Source of the DNA: Elusimicrobiota bacterium
Lineage (GTDB): Bacteria > Elusimicrobiota > Elusimicrobia > F11
Direction: 5' to 3'
DNA: 64,000 nucleotides
NCBI GenBank assembly: GCA_046153645.1
Contig: JBJXGI010000042.1
Coordinates: forward strand, 32,001-96,000
The position numbers and the translations under genes are program-made. Numbering within the stretch: position 1 is the first letter of the stretch; each line of letters opens with the position of its first letter. The notes beneath the pieces are model-generated. The model saw only the letters and a list, made by a program, of their open reading frames with translations. It did no database searches and was not told where the DNA came from. Shown one piece after another: positions 57,426 to 64,000 of this stretch.

Positions 57426-58770
57426 TAACAACTCTTTTTAATTCCTCAATACTTGTTATTCGATCCCTTACTTTATTTAAGCCATCATCCCAGAAAGTTT
57501 GATACCCCATATTTTTTAATCTGACTTTCCATTCTTTCTCAGGTAACTTCTCAGAAATCCAAGGTTTCATTTCATCTGAAATAACCAATACTTCAAAAAT
57601 GCCCGTTCGCTCATAAAAACCATCACCCAAACAAAAAGGGCAGTTTTCTTTCTTAGTGCCAGAACAGGCAATACAAATTTGCCGAACCAAACGCTGAGAA
57701 AGAACGGCAGTTAAAGCTGAAGAAATCAAATAAGGTTCAACGCCCATATCAATGAGTCTTGTAATGGCACTCACCGCGTCATTGGTGTGAAGCGTACTGA
57801 ACACAAAATGTCCTGTAAAAGAAGCTCGAATGGCCAACTCGGCTGTTTCTTGATCGCGCATTTCACCAACCATCATGACATCAGGATCTTGCCGTAAAAT
57901 AGCGCGCAACCCTTTGCTAAAGGTGTAATCAAGTTTGGGTTGAATTTGAGTTTGAGTGATATTTCTTAAGTTGTATTCAATTGGTTCTTCTAAGGTAATA
58001 ATCTTTTTTCGTGACGAATCTAACTGAGATAAACAAGAATATAAGGTGGTTGTTTTTCCGCTTCCTGTGGGTCCTGTCACCAAAAAAAGACCTGTGGGTT
58101 TATTGATCAACGATTCAATTTGTTGTTTGGTTTTTTCCGCCATTCCTAACTCTTTTAACCCCTGAAGGCTCATATTCCGATGAAGAATTCTCAAATTGAG
58201 ATTTTCTCCAAATTGAGTAGGTAAGGTGGAAACACGAACATCGTATTTTTCGTTTTTGATATTAAAAGAAAAGCGCCCATCTTGAGGACGCCTTTTTTCA
58301 ACAATATTCATTTGAGAAGAGATTTTTATGTGGGATACAATTTCCACATATCTTTCTTTTAACTCTTCTAATAGGGGAAGCTCTTTTAGGATTCCATCAA
58401 TCCTGAGTCTTAACGTAACGCTTTGTTCTATGGATTCAAAATGGATATCAGATGCCCTTAACTCGACGGCTTTTATCATAAGACTTTCAACAAACTGGAC
58501 AATGTTGGCAGAATCATTTTGGCTGCCAAACCCATAATTCATTTGAACCAATTCTTGAAACTCCGCAGTGGTCAACTGAACAGGCTCAATCACTTCACTA
58601 AAAATTACATGTAAATTATCTAGACACTCTAAATTTTCAGGGTCTAAAAAACCAACCACAATATGGCCGGATTTATTTTTCTCTAAAGGAATAACACCCC
58701 AACGGTAAACCAAAGCAATAGGGATTTTTTTAAGTAATTGTTTATTGACATTGATATTTAAAGTTTTCAT
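57412..58770 (-). CDS. gspE: Type II secretion ATPase (GspE/PilB family)
   Basis: ASDIH, PQDGR, GPTGSGKTT, LRQDPD..MVGEMRD, TGH...STLH and CxxC...CxxC. Confidence 0.9.
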   Translation of the reverse strand: MKTLNINVNKQLLKKIPIALVYRWGVIPLEKNKSGHIVVGFLDPENLECLDNLHVIFSEVIEPVQLTTAEFQELVQMNYGFGSQNDSANIVQFVESLMIKAVELRASDIHFESIEQSVTLRLRIDGILKELPLLEELKERYVEIVSHIKISSQMNIVEKRRPQDGRFSFNIKNEKYDVRVSTLPTQFGENLNLRILHRNMSLQGLKELGMAEKTKQQIESLINKPTGLFLVTGPTGSGKTTTLYSCLSQLDSSRKKIITLEEPIEYNLRNITQTQIQPKLDYTFSKGLRAILRQDPDVMMVGEMRDQETAELAIRASFTGHFVFSTLHTNDAVSAITRLIDMGVEPYLISSALTAVLSQRLVRQICIACSGTKKENCPFCLGDGFYERTGIFEVLVISDEMKPWISEKLPEKEWKVRLKNMGYQTFWDDGLNKVRDRITSIEELKRVVNEEV

Positions 58771-58938
58771 GCAGACATGATAACCACCTCGAATCAAGCA
58801 AATGTAAAGAATTGCTCAAACAAAGGAAAATTCACACAAAAACATAAAACACCTTTTAAAATAGAGGCGAAAAACTTGTTACAACTAATTTGCAGGAAAT
58901 TAAGCCTTTCTTAAACACCTTCATCGTAAAATATCAGT

Positions 58939-61900
58939 ATGAAAAAGTTTGTCTCGTTTATTCTCATTTTTTTTATTTTTGCGCATGAGTCACTGGGGTC
59001 TTTGCCTCAAACTCAAAATACCCTTCCCCTGCTTCAGAGTTTTTCTCAAATTAACAACTTGCCTCAAATAACAAAAATCTCTGAAAATAAATCGCCTCAC
59101 AATCATTTACTCAGCTTCATTCCCGAAAACGTAAGTTCTATTCGAAGTGTGATCCCCAGCAATACAGAATCTAAACGCGTTATTTATTTCATGCAGGATG
59201 TTCACTTGAATAAGGAAGCCCAAACCAATATCTCTTATACATTAAAAGCCATTATGAACTCAGAAAAAGTTGATGCTGTAGCGCTCGAAGGAGCGGAAGG
59301 AATTCTTCCTGTTCAGACGTTTAATGAATTTTCTGATAAAGAATCTCGAAACTTGGCCTCAAAAAACTTATTTGAAGAGAAAAACATCTCTGGCCCTATC
59401 TATGCAGGCTTTACGTTTGATGGGAAAAAACTTCCTTATTATTACGGTGTAGAAAAAAATGCTTTATACGAACAAAACATTGAAGCCTTACAAAAAGCGT
59501 CAAAAGTAACCAACGAAACAAAAAAACTACTCAGAAACTTACAACTCACTTATTCTTCTGAAAAAAGAACCATTTTAAACCCTGCTATTTTAAAATTAAG
59601 TGAAAAGATGGAAGCTTTCCATCACAATTCAATTTCATTGGTTTCTTATTTGGACAGCCTTTCTCAATTTGATTCCTTTTATTCTCCTGAAATAGAAATG
59701 TTTTTAAGCGCTCACGAATTAGAAAAACGATTGGATTTTCAAAAAATTGAGAAAGACCGGACCGCTTTTATAGGAGCTCTCACCAAAAAATTAAATCAAA
59801 GTGAATTAAATTGGTTATGGCAACTGGGAACTGAATGTAAAACAGGGCGTCTCAAACAAAAAGATTTTTATTCCATGCTGGAGCAATTTTCATCAAAGAA
59901 AAATATCCCCATGGAAAAGTATGGATCCATGAAAGATTATGTTCAATATGTATGGCTAGCAGATAACATTCAACCAGAAAAACTATTTGAAGATATTGAA
60001 TCACTAGAAAACACGGCCTTTGTACAAACAGCCCAAAATGAAAATGAAAAAAACCTTATCCACCTCTTAAAATTTTTGATTTTAAGTGAAAAATTATGCG
60101 ACTTTGCCCTCACAGCGCAAGAATGGAAACAATTTAAAAAACTAAAATCAGAAAACCTTATTCTTCTTGAAGACCCGAAGCTGATAAACCATATAGATCA
60201 AATCTTGAAATTTTATGACGTGGCTGAACAAAGAGACAAAACCATGGCACAAAACACAATTTCTCTTTTTGATGAAAATTGTCATCGCCTATTCTTAGTT
60301 ACAGGAGGCTTTCATTCCTCTGCCATGATCGATCTCTTTAAAAAAGAAGGAATCACGGTTATCTCTCTATCTCCAAAACTCACTCATTTAAATGAAGTTA
60401 AAGAGGAAAAAGCCCTTTCTTTTTTTACGCGTGAATTGACCCCGTTAGACAAATTGTTTAAAGGAGAAAAATTATTCCTTTCACCCCGTCCAATGGAAAC
60501 ACAGTCAGCGGCTTTGAATTTTGGAGCACAAAGCCTGGTACTTTCTCGCGACCTAAATTTGGTTCATTCGTTTTTTAGAAGATTAGGTATTTCTTTTGTT
60601 ATCAAGAAAATAAAGAAATTCTTACATAATGTTCGAATTTCTGTAGAGACAGAACAACACCAAATGGTGTCGATGGCCTACCAACTAAATAATGGTGCTA
60701 TTACTGGCTCACCAACGGTTTCTCTTTCATGGGGTGAAAAAATAAAAATGTTCTTTCTCAAGCTTACAGAACATCGATATTTTATGGCTTTGATAGCAAC
60801 TCTTTTAACTCCCGCTATCGCTTCTGGGCAAAGCAAAATGGCAAATAATGTAATTGGTTTTTTGTTTAAAGGAGTGGGGGACACTAAAATTCCAGGAATT
60901 CTATTTATATTAGGGTTTGTTATGTTGCTTATTGTTATTGGCCTTATTATTAACCGATGGGTCTCATCATATCGTTTTAAAACCCTAAACCAAGCTGCCG
61001 TGAAAAGCATTATCAATGTAGGAGCGGAAAATTACTTCATTGGCACACAAATGCAAAATGATGAAAATCTAGGCCCCACTCTTCAGATTATTACAGGTAA
61101 TAATGCAACTGCTTTAGCAGTGAAAAGCGCAGCAGCTATCGCTCAACTTCCAACTGCAACAGCACTGGCTAAAAGAGCAAAAGATTTTTTTTCTGATGCT
61201 GAAATAAATGGTGTTGAAAAAGATATCGCTGATATCTTTCAATACCACCAGCTCATTTTAGATAATCGTTCGGCTAAAGAAGCTATTCAAACGATCATCC
61301 CTGTTTGGCTAAGAGGGTCTCCTCTCAATCAATTCGATATAACTCAACTCCAAGTTTTGGCTTTAAAACTTTATGGTTATTGGCTAGGGAACAAAATTTC
61401 TATTGTTGACATTTCTTCTAGTGCCGAGGTTAAGCAATTAATTGAACAACTTCAAGAATATGAAGAAATATTCCAAGATTTACTTAAAAGAAACACTGAA
61501 ACACCGAATGTGCCAAATCAAAACGAGCGTTTTTTAAACACATTTGGATCAATAATTAATATTAGACTTTTTTCAGCTAATCCACTTTTTCAAAGACTTG
61601 TTTCTTATTTAACTCACACTTCTTCCGGGAAAATTTATCCCTTAAGAAGCCCAAACATTCTTGCAAGTCGACTCCTGTCGAAACGAGAAGAGAAAAAGAA
61701 TGCCATTGAGGCTCCAAAAATAAAAGAGGCCTATAAATTTTTAGAAGAATTAGGCTTTCAGTCTCCAGATCAAATCTCTAACTTAGAAGAAAAATTATTA
61801 GAAGCTCTTAAAATAAAAATATCAGAATTTGATGTTGATATAAAAAATGAAGCTGACGTTAATCAACTAGCTCGAATGATTTATCTTGTATGGCTAGATC

Positions 61901-62832
61901 AATTTATGGATTTTGCTATTCCCGAAAATACAGATCAACAAGGTGATTTTGACCCCGATGTTATTGATCAAGACCATAAATTAATCAAAAGCTGGTTGGA
62001 TAACTTCCAAAATAAAACAGAAATAAATATTGATACTCAAATGCAAAACCGTTTTTATGATGAATGGTTGAAAAAAGCCCCATTTTTCCTACCTTTTAAC
62101 CAAAATACTCGAATTCCATCAGTCAAAGATTTACAAGAAAAACTAAGTGACAGAAAGACCCATTGGACGAAAAAATTCGACAGAGATTTGAGAGACCATT
62201 TATATGATTCATTTTTACCTACTATCAAATCACGACGTATGGGAGATCTCACAAAAAGTCTTATTCTAGAAGAGGATAAAGAAACCGCTGTTAGTCTTAC
62301 CGTCATAGAAATCACCAATACCACTAAGCTCCCGCATCTATTAAGAACCATCGAAGGGTTAATAACAGAATTATCGGCTGCGCAACTGAAAGGAATCCAT
62401 GCTGTTGTTTTTGTCAATCGCTCTCATCATTCGGATTTACCTGGTACCCTCAAGAAAATAATGGATCAGAAAAACAACTCTCATTTATGGGTCGGAATCA
62501 TGAATAAACCTTTAAATACAGACCCAGTGGAATTTATTGAACCTGTAAAACATGTTTTAGAGTCCGTTGATAAAAGTATGCTTCCGCAAATAGCACAAGC
62601 CATCAGAAAAAAAACAATGGGTATTCGTCTCATGTTACAAACAGATCGGTGGAGTTCAACAAAATCTCTCAAATTAGATAAAAGTGGAAAAAATGTTCTG
62701 AGAATTGAGGATTTTGATGTTAAGTTTTATTTAATCAATAGTCTTTTAACGATGATGAGAGAAAAAGGAATTTCTGTTAAGAATTTAAACAATATTGTTA
62801 ATTTAATTAAACAAGCATCGAAACACGCCTAA
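58939..62832 (+). CDS. Large exported membrane protein (1297 aa) with an N-terminal TIKI/EreA/ChaN-like domain
   Basis: Signal peptide; QDVH, VALEGA, QRDKTM and LVTGGFH motifs; hydrophobic segments near aa 615-630 and 654-671; unrecognised C-terminal half. Confidence 0.6.
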   Translation: MKKFVSFILIFFIFAHESLGSLPQTQNTLPLLQSFSQINNLPQITKISENKSPHNHLLSFIPENVSSIRSVIPSNTESKRVIYFMQDVHLNKEAQTNISYTLKAIMNSEKVDAVALEGAEGILPVQTFNEFSDKESRNLASKNLFEEKNISGPIYAGFTFDGKKLPYYYGVEKNALYEQNIEALQKASKVTNETKKLLRNLQLTYSSEKRTILNPAILKLSEKMEAFHHNSISLVSYLDSLSQFDSFYSPEIEMFLSAHELEKRLDFQKIEKDRTAFIGALTKKLNQSELNWLWQLGTECKTGRLKQKDFYSMLEQFSSKKNIPMEKYGSMKDYVQYVWLADNIQPEKLFEDIESLENTAFVQTAQNENEKNLIHLLKFLILSEKLCDFALTAQEWKQFKKLKSENLILLEDPKLINHIDQILKFYDVAEQRDKTMAQNTISLFDENCHRLFLVTGGFHSSAMIDLFKKEGITVISLSPKLTHLNEVKEEKALSFFTRELTPLDKLFKGEKLFLSPRPMETQSAALNFGAQSLVLSRDLNLVHSFFRRLGISFVIKKIKKFLHNVRISVETEQHQMVSMAYQLNNGAITGSPTVSLSWGEKIKMFFLKLTEHRYFMALIATLLTPAIASGQSKMANNVIGFLFKGVGDTKIPGILFILGFVMLLIVIGLIINRWVSSYRFKTLNQAAVKSIINVGAENYFIGTQMQNDENLGPTLQIITGNNATALAVKSAAAIAQLPTATALAKRAKDFFSDAEINGVEKDIADIFQYHQLILDNRSAKEAIQTIIPVWLRGSPLNQFDITQLQVLALKLYGYWLGNKISIVDISSSAEVKQLIEQLQEYEEIFQDLLKRNTETPNVPNQNERFLNTFGSIINIRLFSANPLFQRLVSYLTHTSSGKIYPLRSPNILASRLLSKREEKKNAIEAPKIKEAYKFLEELGFQSPDQISNLEEKLLEALKIKISEFDVDIKNEADVNQLARMIYLVWLDQFMDFAIPENTDQQGDFDPDVIDQDHKLIKSWLDNFQNKTEINIDTQMQNRFYDEWLKKAPFFLPFNQNTRIPSVKDLQEKLSDRKTHWTKKFDRDLRDHLYDSFLPTIKSRRMGDLTKSLILEEDKETAVSLTVIEITNTTKLPHLLRTIEGLITELSAAQLKGIHAVVFVNRSHHSDLPGTLKKIMDQKNNSHLWVGIMNKPLNTDPVEFIEPVKHVLESVDKSMLPQIAQAIRKKTMGIRLMLQTDRWSSTKSLKLDKSGKNVLRIEDFDVKFYLINSLLTMMREKGISVKNLNNIVNLIKQASKHA

Positions 62833-62848
62833 AAAAACCATCAATGCA

Positions 62849-64000
62849 TCAGTGAGTTTTTAGAAATTGAAAACTACGGAGTGCTTTGGTTCTGGCTTCA
62901 GCGTGATTTACCAAAGGAGCAGGATAATTTTTTCCCAAAAATATTCCGCTGTCTTTTAACAAAGTTTCAGGCGCCTCCCAGGGTTGATGTATCCATTTAT
63001 TAGGAAGTTTCGATAATTCAGGTACCCATCGACGGACATATTCTCCATTAGGGTCAAATTTTTTGCCCTGCAAAATAGGGTTAAAAATTCTGAAATAAGG
63101 AGCGGCGTCCGCACCACAACCAGCCGTCCATTGCCATCCAAGTGAGTTGCTAGCCAAATCGGCATCCACCAAAGTATCCCAAAACCACTCCGCCCCTTTC
63201 ACCCAATTAATTAAAAGATCTTTTACTAAAAAGGATGCCACAATCATTCTCACTCGGTTATGCATCCAGCCTGTGGCCCATAATTCACGAAGTCCCGCAT
63301 CAACAATGGGGTAGCCCGTTTTTCCTTTCTGCCATTTTTTTAAAAAAAGAGAATTTTTCTCCCATGGAAACTTAGAAAATTTTTCTCGAAGTGGTTGTTT
63401 ATCTGTATGTGGAAAGTGAAACAATAAATGATATGCAAATTCTCTCCATCCGATTTCTTTAAGGTAAACTTCAGCCCCTTTAATAGATCCACTTTTTCCT
63501 TTTTTGAAAGATACCTCTTGGACTTTTTGCCAAATTTCATATGGTGAAATTTCACCAAAATGTAAGTGAGGAGAAAGATGACTGGTTCCTAAATAATCCG
63601 GTCTATTTCGAGAATCAGGGTATTCACTTAAAATGTCAGAAACAAATTTTTTTATATTTTTTTGAGCTCCTCTTTCACCAGGTTCCCAGTGAGATAAAAA
63701 ACCTGCGTCCCATTTGACTTCAGGCAAAAGCTTCAAATGATCAATTGAATCAGATTTGGGGGTTTTATCTAAACGAGGAAATGTAAGAGGGATTTTTGTT
63801 GGTTTTCGAGGTCGAAATTGTTTTAAGCAGGTATTCCAAAAAGCAGTAAAAACCTGATATGGGTTTTTTTCTTGAGTTAAAATTTCCCACGGCTCAAATA
63901 TAAGAGACCCATTAAAACTTTCCGCCTTCACACCCATTTCTTTGAGGGTTGATTTTATCTCGCTATCTCTTTTGATAAGCGCAGGCTCATAACGACGGTT
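62849..64000 (-). CDS. phrB: Class I CPD DNA photolyase (5' end beyond the window)
   Basis: NRRYEP at the window edge; TSHLSPHLHFGEIS, WREF, GWMHNRVRM, DADLASN and APYFRIFNP. Confidence 0.93.
   Translation of the reverse strand, partial: NRRYEPALIKRDSEIKSTLKEMGVKAESFNGSLIFEPWEILTQEKNPYQVFTAFWNTCLKQFRPRKPTKIPLTFPRLDKTPKSDSIDHLKLLPEVKWDAGFLSHWEPGERGAQKNIKKFVSDILSEYPDSRNRPDYLGTSHLSPHLHFGEISPYEIWQKVQEVSFKKGKSGSIKGAEVYLKEIGWREFAYHLLFHFPHTDKQPLREKFSKFPWEKNSLFLKKWQKGKTGYPIVDAGLRELWATGWMHNRVRMIVASFLVKDLLINWVKGAEWFWDTLVDADLASNSLGWQWTAGCGADAAPYFRIFNPILQGKKFDPNGEYVRRWVPELSKLPNKWIHQPWEAPETLLKDSGIFLGKNYPAPLVNHAEARTKALRSFQFLKTH

Overview
AT-rich (by eye) chromosomal segment of a diderm bacterium, with most genes on the minus strand. 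An Elusimicrobiota-like origin is my impression from the gene content, not something I can verify. 1-39.4 kb is mostly housekeeping: L,D-transpeptidase, pgeF, ettA, PBP1A, sdhCAB, bcp, tal-pgi fusion and pgl, tyrS, rsmA, cinA, livKHMGF, aminotransferase-hom-thrC, HU, rplM-rpsI, a SurA-like PPIase, asd, def and greA, plus one perfect parS palindrome at 31470-31485. 39.4-51.4 kb is an accessory surface-glycosylation island around tRNA-Ser(GCT). It holds three GT-C-like membrane proteins, a GT2, a UGM-like flavoenzyme, two methyltransferases, two membrane-anchored PA14 proteins, and an inserted HATPase + STAS pair with a double-palindrome operator. 51.8-63 kb carries an Xre/RES/NYN module and a stripped-down type II secretion-like operon (no gspF, an apparent GspL-GspC fusion, a compact secretin). 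Divergent from that operon is a 1297-aa exported membrane protein with TIKI/EreA/ChaN-like motifs; this pair is the best candidate for an undescribed system. Two cross-cutting signals are repeated leaderless promoter geometry (-10 box, 6 nt, ATG) and probable ATC start codons. No CRISPR array, integrase or transposase was seen. All family calls are by motif recognition without database searches.
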